Shown: positions 37,887-52,271 of the stretch, piece after piece
Numbering within the stretch: position 1 is the first letter of the stretch
Layout of the letters: each line of letters opens with the position of its first letter
Source of the DNA: the human T2T-CHM13v2.0 reference genome, Homo sapiens
Length of the DNA stretch: 64,000 nucleotides
Assembly: GCF_009914755.1 (NCBI RefSeq)
Contig: NC_060934.1
Strand: one strand, 5' to 3'
Translations under genes and position numbers: made by a program
The notes under the pieces: generated by a model
Seen by the model: only the letters and a program-made list of their open reading frames with translations
Told to the model about the DNA's origin: nothing
The model's database searches: none

Positions 37887-38023
37887 TCCCAGCAGAAGTG
37901 CATCATGATGTTTGCCCTGGTGTGCTGCTTTGCCATTCTGGTTGCACTGATCTTTTCAGCCGTGGACATCATGGGAGAGGATGAGGATGGACTCTCAGAA
38001 AAAAATTGCCAAAATAAATGTTG
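37887..38023 (+). pseudogene. PLD5P1: PLD5 (inactive phospholipase D5) transmembrane-exon paralogue, 137 nt
   Basis: Acceptor ttcctctttcag|TCC and donor TG|gtagga. Translates SQQKCIMMFALVCCFAILVALIFSAVDIMGEDEDGLSEKNCQNKC, versus recalled PLD5 SQQKCIVIFALVCC...NCQNKCR. No PLD5 first exon seen upstream. Confidence 0.9.
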
Positions 38024-39119
38024 GTAGGAGGTAACAAACAAAAATTCTCTTTTAGGGGGCGGGCAAGAAATCCAAAGAGGGCCTTGAACAATGGAGAAGA
38101 GAATATATAAACACACATAGTCATCCAGGCTCCCCTTAGCTTAAGCTGAGGTGTGAGTCTGTCCACTAGTACTCTTACTTTTAGGGCAAGTAATGAGTAA
38201 TGATTGAATTCACTTTACAATCTGGTCATATTCTCTACAGGCTGGTGGGAACAAAAAAATTTTTGTAACAGTCAGCATTTCTGGAGACCACTGTATATGA
38301 GGTTTGTTTTGGGTGTTCATGATGAGCCTGTAAAAATGAGTGCCCCAGTGGACAAAGAATGCTGTGCTAGTTGTTCCATCAAATGTAAGTTAAAAAATAC
38401 ACGTCTCAGGGAAAATTCCAACTTAAAGTTAGGGATTGAAGAAGTAAGTGTGTTGATGAGAAGACACAGGGCTCCTCTACCTGTCCCAATTTAGCACACA
38501 GTTTGTTTTTAATCTAGAAACTACAATAGCTTTACAGGTTTATGTATGCATTATGTCTCTTCAGTTACATTAAGTAGCATTTCCTGGGGGCCTTGCTGAC
38601 TGGCAGAGACATCACAGTGTAGTCTCAACCCCAGAAATCTCCTCATCAAACTCTTCTCTGAGCTGCTACCATTTTTTCAGGTTCGGGGAGGGTGAAGAAA
38701 AGTACCAAAAGCAGGCAGATAGATAAGAGGTCTATTTTTATATATGTATTGCTGCAAAGCTGAAGTGAGGCCACTAAATTACAACAGTAATTATGAATTA
38801 GAGCTTATAATAAATTTAAATTGTTATATTTCCCAGTGGAAAGCGTTAGCCTAAGACCACCCCCCAACTTTCCTAGCTTAAAATAAACAACAACCTGGTA
38901 ATGTGTATGTGAGTTTTATCCTGGATATTTTGCTTTGAGGTTGAATGTTCTGGCGCAGGAAATGTTCTGAAAAGACAATTGGCATTTATTTTTAACCCAT
39001 GGTACCTTATAGTCTAGTTACCAGGCAGCAGGTATTACATACAGAGCAGAGCATAAAAGAAAGAAATCAAAACACACTTTAGATTTTCTTCCTTCATGTT
39101 AGAAAGGTATTCCATAATA

Positions 39120-39491
39120 TTATGTAGCCATAAAAAGGAACAAGATCACGTCCTTTGCAGGGACATGGATGGAATTGAAAGCCATTATCCTTAGCAAGCT
39201 AATGCAGGAACAGAAAACCAAATACTGCATGTTCTGACTTATAAGTGGGAGCTAAATGATGAGAACACATGGACACATGGTGGGGAACAACACACCCTAG
39301 GGCCTGTTGGAGGGTCAGGGGTGGGAGGACGGAGAGCATCAGGAAGAATAGCTGATGGATGCTGGGCTTAATATTTACCTGGGTGATGGGATGATCTGTG
39401 CAGCAAACCACCATCACCCACATTTCCCTATGTAACAAACCAGCACATCCTGCACTTGTACCCCTGAACTTAAAAGCTGGAAATAAAAAAA
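39120..39491 (+). mobile_element. L1PA (older) 3' end fragment
   Basis: gcagggacatggatgg...cccctgaacttaaaag followed by an A tail. Confidence 0.88.
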
Positions 39492-40407
39492 GGTATTTCA
39501 TAAATATATTTACTTCCCAGACTGGATTTGGATGAAAAATTGTTTTGTGATTACTGTAATGAAAGCAATGGAAGAACAGTAGATTACTGTCATCTTTTGC
39601 TAATGCTGTTACTTGTCAAATATACATAGACAAGGGGCCCATAACTCATATTTACCAAGTGAGAACACACTGCTTCTCTCTCTCCTCACCTTAAAGTGAA
39701 GAGTGCTGTGTATTTTAAATGCAAACTCGAACACCTAGAAGGCAATTTAATAGAGGTCAAACCGTAGCAGTTTCCTTAAGACAAAATACCTGCTCATTTC
39801 AATGCACATTATCAGGTATTGGTAATTTTCAACAACAAAAGGTCATTTTTTTTTCACTTGGAGGAAGCTAAAATTTGCTTTAATTTTTATTTTTAATTCA
39901 TGCAACTGGAATTAGGGTCTGGCTATTTCTTCTATCAGTAACTACATTCTAATGACTTAATTCTACTTCTCCCACCATCTAGAAAATATTATTCTAGCTA
40001 CTAGGCATTCTCCTTTCCTTTGGGTGGTTGGACTCACTACCCTGGTTACTAGATAACATATATCATATATATGTGATATTACATATGATATATGATTATA
40101 TATATGGGGGGGAGATCTTTTCTGAAACATACATCACCTCTAGGTCTTTCCTCTGCAGCTTCTTGCCCTGTGCCCTGTGTTTCTGTTCTGCATTCTCAAA
40201 CATTACAACATACACTTCTTGTATGTCTGTCCTGGAACTGGTATCTTGCTTCCCCTAACTTCACCCCCAGGAAGTTTCTGCTTTTGCTCTTCTCTCCAAT
40301 GCACAGGATGAGGAGGTAGGGTTGCTGCATTACCTTATACCCTAATCCAGTTTCCAACCTGTTGTTTCACCACCTTTTCTGGATTATTCTCATTTGAATT
40401 TGATTTA

Positions 40408-40565
40408 ATCTTCCACAAGCTCTTCTCCTGATAGGGTCTGAGGACACCTGTGGGCTTTAGGTCAGTGTTGATATCAAGGTTGACAGAATCCTTCTGAAAG
40501 TCATATTCTGCCAACAGAGGGTACTCCAGGTGGATGCAACGTTTCTGGAGTTCCTCAATCATTTC
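40408..40565 (-). pseudogene. ERCC3: ERCC3 (XPB helicase) single-exon fragment
   Basis: [53 protein letters not shown] versus recalled [56 protein letters not shown]. Confidence 0.9.
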
Positions 40566-40974
40566 CCGGGGAGTGAGCCTTTTGTGCCTGGCTAACAGAC
40601 CTCCACCCATCCATCTCATCCCTTGCCAATGTTTCCAGCAACTTAAGAATTTACTTCCCAATACTCTAGCCTTGCCATTTTTTAAGCACTTCAAATCAAT
40701 ACATTTAATATCCACTTCACCCTCACACCTACCTGCCAGCAAGCAACTCCACTTCCAAGCTAGCCTAACACAGTTAACAACCATGGACTTTGAAATTAGG
40801 AAGATCTGAATTTAAATCTACATTCTACTACTTACTAACTGTAAGCTTGGGGAAGATATGAATTGAATTATTTCATTCATCCCCTATCGGCAGAGCACCA
40901 AGAGACTGCACAAGGAGTTGCAGTAGAGTCATGAGACGGTTGTGGCAATTTACCGTGGTCACAACTACAGTGGG

Positions 40975-41325
40975 TGATATGGTTTGGCTGTGCCCCATTC
41001 AAATCTTAACTTGTATTGTATCTCCCAGAATTCCCACGTGTTGTGGGAAGGACCCAGGAGGAGGTAATTGAATCATGGGGGCCATCTTTCCAGTGCTATT
41101 CTCGTGAAAGGGAATAAGTCTCACGAGATCTGACGGGTTTATCAGGAGTTTCTGTTTTTGCTTCTCTCTCATTTTCTATGCCACTGCCGTGTAAGAAGAG
41201 CATTTCATCTCCCGCCATGATTCTGAGGCCTCCTCAGCCCTGTGGAACTGTAAGTCCAATTATACACTTTTTTGTTCCCAGTTTCAGGTATGTCTTTGTC
41301 AGCAGTGTCAAAACGGACTAATAAA
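40975..41325 (+). mobile_element. THE1-family MaLR LTR
   Basis: tgatatggtttggctgtg...aaacggactaata, with 5-bp TSD-like gtggg/atggg. Confidence 0.9.
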
Positions 41326-41679
41326 ATGGGGATGTCAGAGAGGGTCTGGGAGAGTGGCCTGACATAGTGAAATGAATAAATTCGGTGTGGGACACCTCTT
41401 CACCCTTAATGGGTTATGAAAGCTCTTTTAATTTCATTTTCCTTAAAAATCATAGATTAAAAAAATCTCTGTCACAAAGTTTATGAGGATTCAGTAAATT
41501 GTATAAACCCATGGCAAAGCATCAGGAAACTCATAATAAATAATATGCAAATGTTAATTATCTCCTTGTTCCTCCAAAGAGTCTAGAAATTCCTCTTCTC
41601 TATTCACAACCTACTTCCTTTTCCTCCCACGTCTTCACTTATCTCGAATCTATCCTGATTTTAGTCTTTGGTTCTATGG

Positions 41680-42205
41680 AAATATACAAAGACCAGTCAC
41701 ATGAGAGCAGAGGCTATTTAGTTAGAGCTTGCTGCAACAAGGGAGTCACCCACCATCAATTGTGTTTTGCAGAGACTCAAAGGCAGGCAGAGAAATGGGA
41801 AAGCTTCATAGTGGAAGAAAGAAGGCTCTAGGTGTGCTCTGATTAGAGGCTATTGGCTTCGGTAGGCTGTAGGTGGGATAACGAGAAGTGACATCCTATG
41901 TAATTGGTCATATTTGACTTTTTCTGGTTGATCCTGAATTGGAAATAGCGACAAAAATTAAGGAAGCTGTTGGTCATTAATCAAGTCCCGGCCATTTGGG
42001 GCCAATTGTTACAGAAATTATTGTTTAGCTTCCTGGATTGTTACTAGAGATAGCAATCTGATTTCCTACAAGTCTAACTTACAGCAGACTGGCTTCCTGG
42101 GCTGGTTATTGCAGATAAGGGGTTAGTTTCCTGGGCAGGAGGCTACAGATTGTGCAGCCTTCATATATGATTTGGCCATTGTCCATTTGTTTATTCAGTC
42201 TCTTA
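41680..42205 (-). mobile_element. ERV1 LTR (MER90/MER110-like)
   Basis: Reverse complement starts gagactgaataaacaaatggacaatggcc and contains cagcccaggaagcc motifs. Confidence 0.55.
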
Positions 42206-45200
42206 CCTCCCTGAACCTCCTCCTCTATCAACCCCTTCTGTCTTAATTTTCCTCCCATCCATTTGCCAGATCATGACTAGCATACTGCCATGCTTCCTGC
42301 AGCATCTTGAAATCTCACTTGAATTTTTTTTTTGAATTTTTTTTTGCCTCGATCTGGCAGCCAATTCTTAAACTGGTTGACTCCTGGTTTTACCCATCCT
42401 TGTCCCCAGGGCAGCCTCAGCCATTGGTCCAGGCCCTCATAAGTCTGTAGGAGAGTGGGTCCCACTGTTGTTCAGTTCTAGATTCCTCCAGGCAGTCATG
42501 TCCCTGGTAAAAGAGGTGAGGGCTTTTTGGAGAAGCACCATTGAATATACTGGTGCTGACACAGACCAGTAGGAAAATCCACTGGTCTGCAGAAGCTCGA
42601 GCATGCCAGTCTCAACTTAAATGTTTCTCTAGAAAATTCCAGTCCTTCCTCTCATGACTTCATCCCTTTCCTGGAGCTAACCTCCCTGGACTTCTTCCCA
42701 GACTTTACCTGAAGGTGGCGCTAACTCTACCCCATGCTGCTCAGTTTCCAATTACTTTGTTCTGAAGTCCAATGTGTTCTCTTTCTGCTTTTCTCCGTGT
42801 GTTGTCACTATCATAAAGTGCTGCTTACGCAGTTCAACCTTTGCTGAGATCTTATTACTTTATCGTTAAACTCCCTCTGTGTGTGTAGCGCTCCTCACTT
42901 CTGAAAGTTGAAAGAATATCAACATTTACAGTCTGTCAGCATCTCATCACAGTTTTGACAGTCTCTCCCCAAGACCTCTTCATCTGGTGTACTCTTTCTT
43001 AAATATAGTACTTTAATTCATCTTATTTCTGCTAACTAGCCTCTCTATCCTCTAATAAGATTCCCATTCTGATTGATTCTGCCCACTCAATGTTTTTCCA
43101 ACTTTCATATGCCTCTCTAAAAAAGTATGTCTCCCTATAAAAAAATCCTTATGATTTTTTTGTCTTGTTTTATTTCTTCCCCCCTTTGTATTATTTTGCT
43201 GCTAGATTACTGTACTGATAGTGGATAATTTTATCATAATTTCCCTCACAAATCTACAAAATATCAAAGGCTCTAAACTTATTTTCCAGATGTCTTTTAA
43301 TGAGCCTCAGTTGTAATGCCCCCAAAATAAGATCTTTGCCAGTAAATGACCTTTTTTTGTCTCTTTGTATTGGATTTCTGGGCACTTCCACCGTTTCCCA
43401 ATATGTTTTAAATGATTTATTTGGTCCTTATAACTTTAAATCTCCATGTCACTTTGGTTACCTGAGGGGGTGAAAGACACATTTTCTAGTTTCTACTAGT
43501 AACCTACATGTCAGTAGGCCTGGGACATCACTGACAGGTAAGGAAAGTTCAAACTGCTAGTTTAGGTTGCATGCATCCTGTGACTTGGCTATTTTGCAAT
43601 TCGCTAGTGCCCCTAATCATCCTCGTACCTCATTCTTATGAGAGGTAACCACACACGGTGAAGTTTCCCACACATCATGTCCTCAGGGACCAGCAGAGAC
43701 ATTGGAGCTGAGCTCCAGGTGCTGCTCAATTGCAGAACACCTGCTCTCACATGAACACCCACCCCTTTCAGAGGAGAGGTCTTCATTTTGTATATATAGC
43801 TACTTCCATCTTCCCTTCCGCCTACACAGAGCTATCCTACATCAGTCATTTTCAGTTGCTACTCCACCACTTATTAGAGACACTATTAGACACTCACTAG
43901 AAGAGGGACTTTTGTTGCTGTTCCTCCCTGATAAATACACACAGAACCAGTCAGCATCCTTCTCCTCCCTGATTTGAGGCCCAATCCTCATGACAATATG
44001 GAAATTAATTTCTGCAAAGTATCTTTAAGCAAGCTCAGTAAACATACCATCTTGGGTAGGCTAACATTGCCATATAATCATATTGATGAGCATGTGTCAC
44101 CTATTTTATCTAGGTAGTTATGGCAGCCTCTGTTCAAGACCTCCTCACACTTGCCTCTCGTCTTCCTGAATCAGCCCCCGTGCCTGGGTGGCTACCGGTC
44201 TAGGTTGGCTCACTCTTGCCCACATATCTTCACATTCATTTTAGTTTGCTCACTTAGTCTGAAGTATGAAGGAAACGGAACAACTCAGTCTATCTATCTG
44301 TATCTCTATGTCTCAGTCTCTATCTCTAACCTATCTAATCCCCATTATTCCTGAATCCAGAAATTTTCTTTCATCCTAAATTGAATAGATTTGGGTCTGT
44401 ACAAAAGGGGTCCCATGTAATATTATAGGCTGGGTAACCAATGTATAAGTTTCCACAGCAGTTCTCCAATAAGGAGTGTCCTAGATCACCAAAGTCTGGT
44501 CACAGAAAATATAGCAAGGGCCAAATTCACTTTGTAATATACCACCCCTTCACACATAGACTTTTTATACATCCTTTCTAAATTTTCAAGTTTCTCTATT
44601 AAAAAGCTGACTACTTTATATTTTTCACATACTTTATTTGCTGAATCTCTTCCTCTGACCTATCATTTCTTAAAAAATATCTACAGACATCTAGATTTAT
44701 ATCAATAACTCAGCTGCCACTTCAGCATAGTACACACATAATTTGGTTCATCAATATTTGACATTCCTAGAAGACACTATTGAGAGACCACTTTATGTGT
44801 TGACAATTACCTCCTAGTATTTTGTCACTTTCCTGTTTAGTATCATGACCTTAGAGTGGTCTTAACAGACTCAGCTTGCTCCAGTGGACTTTAATCATTG
44901 TTTTCCCTTTTAATGCCCAAATTGTCACTACTTGGCCAGTGAGAGCCACCTTTTGTACTTTTTGACACTATTGCAGGTATCTCTAAGAGCAGCCTTGCTT
45001 TTTGGCAACAGCAAGCTTTTCTAGTGCTATTTTAAATTAGCTTGCTTTGAGACATGGTATTGTCTACTTTCAAATGAGCCCTGGTTCCTTTTCATGAAGA
45101 CTTCTATTAAAGACCAGAATCTAAGTTCTATGGGTGTCCTTATATTGTCGTCCAAGGGTATTGTTGATAGACACAATGATACCGCAGGAAACGTTCTTAA

Positions 45201-46444
45201 GCTGCAGTAATGAACAATTGTATGGTACTAAAGAATTGTTCAGCACTGACTGAATAGTACTTCTCCCTCCCTCCTTCCCTCTTCCTCTCCCTTCATTTCT
45301 TCATATTCCAGACATAAGCATGTGGACTATAGGGCCAGATTACCTGGGTTTGAATCTGGCTATACTTAGGAGCTTTACAATCTTGGGGAAGTTTCTTGAT
45401 TTTACTGTGCCTTGTTTTCTTTTCATCTGTATATTGCAGACAAGTATTGGGTCTTGTGTGAAAGGCTTCTGTAAAGACTGAATATGTTAATGTCAGTACC
45501 TTTGATACAATAGCATCTGTCATATAATAAATGTTCAATAAATATCCACTATTATTATTCTTATTAAGGGGCAGAAGTTTATTGCAGGTGTTTGCAGTTT
45601 TGTTTTTTTTTTTTACTTTCATCTTACTTTGCTCCAAAATGGGGAAGAGCTTATTATCATTTTTCACCCTTTTCTTAAACTATAAATTTTCCCCTTATCT
45701 ACATTAACTTTGATCTATTTTGCTTTGTATTGACAAACCCAACTATGTTTTTAAATTACAGTGTTGCTCCCAAATTTAGAAGATCCAATTTGGTTTTGGC
45801 TCCTTATTTGATATCTGAGCACTCTTCTGACTGCCTAAAAAAGAAAAAGAAGGTAGTCTAACTTATTCTTCCTACTCCAGAGGAACTCTGAAGAATGCAA
45901 AAGCCTAGAGCCCTTGATACTACAAATGGATTTCCAGTGCACTAGATGAAAAATAGCAATGAAGAGTAGAATAAAGACAAAAACTGTCTCTAGAGCCTTT
46001 TACTTTATGTCCTCTCCTAGTTTCCCCATTTGAGCTGACAGTGAGCCTATCGCCTATATAATATTCTGAAGTATTTTCCCTTTTATCAGTGCCAGTATCT
46101 ATTTCTTCTGGAATGTTCTAAGATCTAAGAGGAGAGAGAAGCATTTATGTTTAATTCACGATGTTAAACATAAGTGAGTCATTTGATCCATTTCTTATTG
46201 GCTCCCTCTCATTTCCAGTTGTAAATCCCTTCCACTTCCCTCCCCTTCCCTTCCCTGGGTCTCTGTTTAGAGATCGCTTTGGTTGAGAAGATGGTGTCCA
46301 CCTGATGTAACTCCTTCAGCTTTCTTTCCAACTCAGAATCCCCCAAGTGACTTCATTTGTCCTTCCTTCCTTCGATTTTTGTCTCAGAGGAAGAGATGTT
46401 CCTTTCCTTTTCTAAAACTAGCCCCTCTGTCAACACACTGAATC

Positions 46445-46600
46445 CAGTGGAAATAAACGAAGGCCGACCCCATGAGAAAAGCAAAGGCTATTTATTCTGA
46501 GTTGTATAGCAAGAGACTCAGCTACCATCACTTGCATTTTGGCAGAGACTCAAGGGCTGGCAGAGGAGTGGGAAAACTTTGTAATGAGGAGAAATGAACA
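46445..46600 (-). mobile_element. LTR fragment related to the 41.7-kb element
   Basis: aggctattta...gcagagactcaa...ggcaga...tgggaaa shared with 41700-41820. Confidence 0.55.
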
Positions 46601-48469
46601 CTACATGTCACTTTCCCTTTTGAGCCTCTATGCCTTCGAAGGTCATCTGCATTTTCCCAGAGTCCTGAGCTGAAGAACTTCATCCCTCTTTGATTCTTCA
46701 CTTTTTTGCCCCCTTTCTGCAAATAAAAGTCCATTCCTGTAATGGGAACTTTGGTCTTTTATTGGCATTATCAGCATTTCTGTTTGTTTGTTTGTTTCCC
46801 TGAATAGATCAAAAGCTCCCTGAGAACAAGGAACACATCTATCTGTCTCTCTCTGTGCCCCATGCAGTCTCTCACACCTGGCTGAGCGGATACCTTTTTT
46901 TAAGTGGGCAATAGTTTCCATGAAAATACAAGTATACATTAAAGAAAGAATAGTGTTCATTGAGGTAATATGTATTATTACATTACTTTATTATTCCTCC
47001 ATAGTAGAATATGCCTTAGATCAAACCGAGAATTATGAGAGAAGATACAATAGTTTATAGATTATATATGTAAAGACTATCATGTAGAAATGAGTTAGAA
47101 AAAGAAACTTGCAAGGGAATTGTTAAAATGAAATAGAATAGTCTGATGCTATATTTTTTTCTAACTAGCATTGAATAAACTGTTAATAATAACTGGAAAT
47201 GGGAGATAGCTTGATTTTAAGTGAAGGAAAAGAGAAGTCTCCAAACACATTTAAATACAGATATTTTTATGCTTCTGAACTCTACTCTCCTATAAGATGG
47301 CATGTATTAATATTTTCATTTCACCATTGAATCCAGTAAGATTCAGATTTCCTGAACTATGGGATTTGATTAGCCCAATATCCGGAAAGTATTGTTTACA
47401 TTCCACAGCTAAAATTTAAAAGATTATGTTAAAAATAATGTTTCATCTTTAGCATTTAATATTTAAAGGAGGAAATCCGAAAGAGTGTGACACTCCCTGA
47501 TGTTCTATAATTACCACTCTGAGAAGCAGCAGAAGCTAATTATTTCAAAGTTTTGATTTTAATGAAACTTAATATATGATTAATGATGTTGACATTTCCT
47601 GCCACCAGGTTTGTTCTCCAAAGAGATAATTTGAATGTGATATGTATTTTTCAAAAAGTTCATTGAACCCTTATGGGCACAATCATATCTGATAATCATG
47701 AGTAGTGTTGAAAACAGAAAGTATAGCTGTGTTTTCCACAGACAACCTGTTTCAGCTGCCTTGTCAGGAAGAGGCCCTATGTGTAATCATTCTCATAGTA
47801 ACAGCTAAGAGCCCAACCTGAACCTAAGGCAATAAGAACATTGATGGAGGGAGTGGAGTGGGAAGAAAAATAAAGAGAAAACTGGAGTTGATGTGTCTGA
47901 TGGGTATTCTTATATTTTGGTTATAGACCTGTAATTAGAAATTTTCCTAATCAGAACTTCCAGTTAAAGTAATTGCCATGGTCACAAAGACTATATTGAC
48001 AAAAATTTTCAACAGAAAAATCTGTTAAAGAACTCATAGGACCTCAGCTTCCAAAACCATAGAATTTAGACATTGAGAACAGGTTGCAAGGTTGGAATGC
48101 AGCATTTCAGAATGGGTTTATGCTTCAGAGGGGAAACTTTGAACTGTGAGTCTAAAAGGCATGGTAGCAAGCAATAAAAGATTCTGCAAACCAACATGAA
48201 CTACAAATCCAAAGCAGTTTTCAGATATTACTCACCCTGGATGCAGCGATATGTTTGCAACATGAAACTTAGGTAGGTTCAGATGACCTAGGATAGGTTT
48301 CCTGTTGTCCCTTCAAGCTGAGGAAGTCATCTAAACTCAGCCTCCGTACTCCCATTTATAAATTGATGAGAAGTTTTCTTCCATGCTGCTGTGAGACAGA
48401 AATAAGATAATTCATGTGTAGAAGACTGCAAAGTGCTTTACAAAGTGAGGTATTATATGATTTGCTTGC

Positions 48470-48767
<298 letters not shown>

Positions 48768-50909
48768 ATTTGCCTATTTTTTGAGCTACACTCTCAAAGG
48801 CCAATAGCATCCAATGTGAGAAATGTCATCGTTAAAATACAGTCTACTGCCTCATGAGGTCTATACTTTTATGAAAATAGAAGAGAAAATAGAAAGTATT
48901 ATGCAGATGCTTTCTTATATTTACCTTGCAATTCTCAGAGCCATCACAAGCCATTGAGAAGCTTCAGTGGCCTGGCCCTCGCTGGGCAGCAGAGGTCAAG
49001 GTGAAGTGTGTGAGACATGCCCAAGAGCTCACTCAGGCTCTACATCCAGGAGACCTGATTTGCATCTCAGCTCGTCTACCTACTGTGCAAACTTGGTCAT
49101 TTAAGCAGCCTTGATTTGAGCGTAGAACAATGATGATCATACTAGTACATATTCTACAGAGTTTTATAAAAAAAAAAAAGGATGATAGTGTGTAACTTGT
49201 TTGACCAAAACAGAGAAACGTATAGGTCAGAGATCCCTTCCTTCCAGGTTAATCTACAAAACTCATCATCTTAGATTTACCTCATTTAACTTTGCTTGTT
49301 TTATTACATCCATATTTCCAAGTTATTTCATTACATCCTTGCCTTTTAAAACAAGTAACTATGTATGCAATAGAAAAACTAATATATACAGATGATAATA
49401 ATGTCAACAATTCAGTTTTACAATGAAATGCAGGCCCTGTGTCCCCTTGCCCAGATGCAAACACTGCTAACACTTTCTTATATATCTTCCCAGAAATATG
49501 ATTTTATATGTGGACATTTGTGCATGTTTATGTATCAGTCCCTTTTTTCTCACAGATGGGAGCATATAGACATGATGTACCATGAACGATTTTTTTCCAT
49601 GCCTTTACGTATTAAGACAGATAGATCCATGGCTGCATGGCACTCATTGTATGAATATGATATAAATAATTCAACTAGTCCTTTGTTGATTTGAAAGACA
49701 TTTAGGTTCCTTGGGGGTTTGGTTGTTAGCATAATGACCAGTGCCACAATGGAGATCTTTATCGATCCTGGAACACGTTTGGCCTAGGTAGTAGAATATC
49801 TTTAAATTCCTAGAAATGGAATTGCTAGGTGAAAGGGTAGATGTGGTTTAATTGTGGATAGACAGATAGTACAAGTTGGATTCCAAAGAGTCTGTATCAT
49901 TAATATTATGATTATTTGTTTTCCCCCATGATTGTCAACATCACAAATTATCAAATTCTTTATCTTTGCCAATCTGATAAAAGAAAAAAATGTATTTTTA
50001 AAAATTATGAGGAGTGTTGAAAATCTTTTCACATGTTTATGAGACATGTTTACTTCTTCACCTGTGGCTTGCCTATTCGTGTCCTTTGCATACATAGGAG
50101 AAATATGGTTTGATAGAGGATTCAGTAAAACCTCAACATATGAGACCAATACAGTAATCCAAATAATTATTGTATTAGTAACAAAATAACTAACATCACT
50201 CACAGAGCACATCTAATTTATCAGAGAGATATAATTAGATTTTGGAGCCTTTTTCATCATATTAGAAATATCAATTTGTAGGAGATTTTCATAGGCAGTT
50301 ATTAATGTTTTACCTTCATAGAACATTGAAAATTGATTATTTGTGCATATATAAGGTGAACTTTCACTGTGAGCTCTTTGCTTCAATAATTGTAACATTT
50401 ACTCTATAAGATGAATCAGGGCTGTCCCTTATTATAAATGAAGTACTTTATTCTGAGCACTCTTTTAGAAATATTGCAGTCTGGGATATTCAATCATTTC
50501 GCTAGATGTAGCATCTATGCAGATGCTTTCTTATTTTTACCACTCAGTTCTCAGTGATGCTATTTACTAGTAACTGAAGTTAGAGTCAACTATCATATTT
50601 TGACTTGATTTTCACCTTATTTAGTCTCCAGGCAGATCTTGGTATTCCGTTCTTACTACAAAAGGATCTAGAACTACATCTCCAAATGGTGTGGACTGTG
50701 GTTCATGACAGTGACCAATTTTTGGATATTATTTGGTGTTATGACAGCTATCACTTATTGTGTATCTATAATATACCAGCCACTAAAAGGACCCAGTGTT
50801 ATCTCATTGATTCTTATACTAAGGCAGATATTGTGATACTAATTTTACAGATGAAATAAGTTTAAACATTATTAAATAATCTACCCTAGTAAGGGGTCAA
50901 GCTGAGTTC

Positions 50910-51471
50910 CATTAGGGAGGAAAAACTCTTTCCTTGACCTCTTGGTTTCAGTGGCAGCAGCCCTGAATATTGAACTGACAAAAAAATAGGATAACAGGAG
51001 AAAAAGGTTTATTTCATATGCATGTGGATGGGGTCTCACAGAAATAAAATAAAAACTGTAGAGAGGTGGTCAGACCCAAACACTTGGATACTAATTTTAC
51101 AAAAGGGCAGGTCATGTCCTTTGCATACATAGAAGAAATAGGGATGCAAATTTGTGGAGAAATAACAAGACAAAGAAAAAGAGTTTTGAGCTTCTAGAGG
51201 AAGTAAATTGTGGAAAAATAAATGTGAGAAACTAATGGAAGATAAGGGTAATTTAGTAAAGTTTGTTTCTACGGACCCATCTTGCTGCCAACTTTCTGTA
51301 CTGTTCATGGCCATGAAAGTCCCCTGGGAAAAAGGATTCATGGCAGTCCTCGTTTCTCAGAAGTTTCTGCTCTTAGTCAGATAAGGGAGGTTCCAAGAAG
51401 GTTTCTTTCATCTCAAAATAGTCTGTATGCCAAAGTGGCATATTTTGGGGTGGCATATTCTGATTCCTTTC
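50910..51471 (-). mobile_element. MER34-group LTR
   Basis: Reverse complement starts tcagaatatgccaccccaaaatatgccactttggc. Confidence 0.6.
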
Positions 51472-51984
51472 TGTTTAAATCCAGCTTTGATGGGCTGACC
51501 TGATTTTTATGCTCCCAGGGCCAAGTCAGGGCTGCTGCGATGAGGGCTGCCTACCAAAGGGCAGAGGGATGCCATGATGTCTGCTACGTTGTCCAACATG
51601 CTGCATGCCTCCATGACCCAGGGAAGCTCATATCACGGCGTTTCCTGTAGCACACATCTTGCTATTGGTCTCTGTCTCAGTGTTTTTCTTTTATTTTATC
51701 CTTATAATATGAGCATCTTCAATCATTAGACTTCATTTGTTGATGCATACCCACCTTCATTTCCTGAACCCGCTGGGATGGGATAGAAATGTATAGTGGG
51801 TGTAGATTCAGGTTTTATGAGAGTAGATGAAGTATCTTACATCCCAGAAATGAGCCCCAGGAAGACATGTTGGTTATGAATCACTATAGCCCCTCACAAA
51901 GCTTGCCCATACAATACTGTATCCCAGGTGGTAACACTGGGCTTCTCTCTGGATTTCCCCACCTTGAAACTTTTTCCTCATATT

Positions 51985-52234
51985 CTGTTGGTGGGAGTGT
52001 AGATTAGTACAGCCACTATGGAGAACAGTATGGAAGTACCTCAGGAAACTAAAGACATATAGTTCTCTGCCATCTGATTCAGCAATTCCACTACTGGGTA
52101 CATATTGAAAAGAAAGGGAATCAATATATCAAAGAGTTATCTGCATGCCCATGTGTATTGCAGCACTATTCACAGTAGCCAAGATATGCAATCAACTTAA
52201 GTGCTCATCAATGGATGGGTAAATAAAGTAAATA

Positions 52235-52271
<37 letters not shown>

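Noticed and set aside
37887-38023. The authentic PLD5 gene
   Set aside because: The exon differs from recalled PLD5, no first exon is seen, and it sits next to CCNYL exons and a breakpoint. A duplicate fits better.
40335-40784. 149-aa ORF as a functional helicase gene
   Set aside because: Only 53 codons are XPB-like and helicase motif I is absent.
41690-46600. Similar segments at 41.7 and 46.5 kb as paired LTRs of a provirus
   Set aside because: They are too diverged, the second is a short fragment, and I see no retroviral coding sequence between them.
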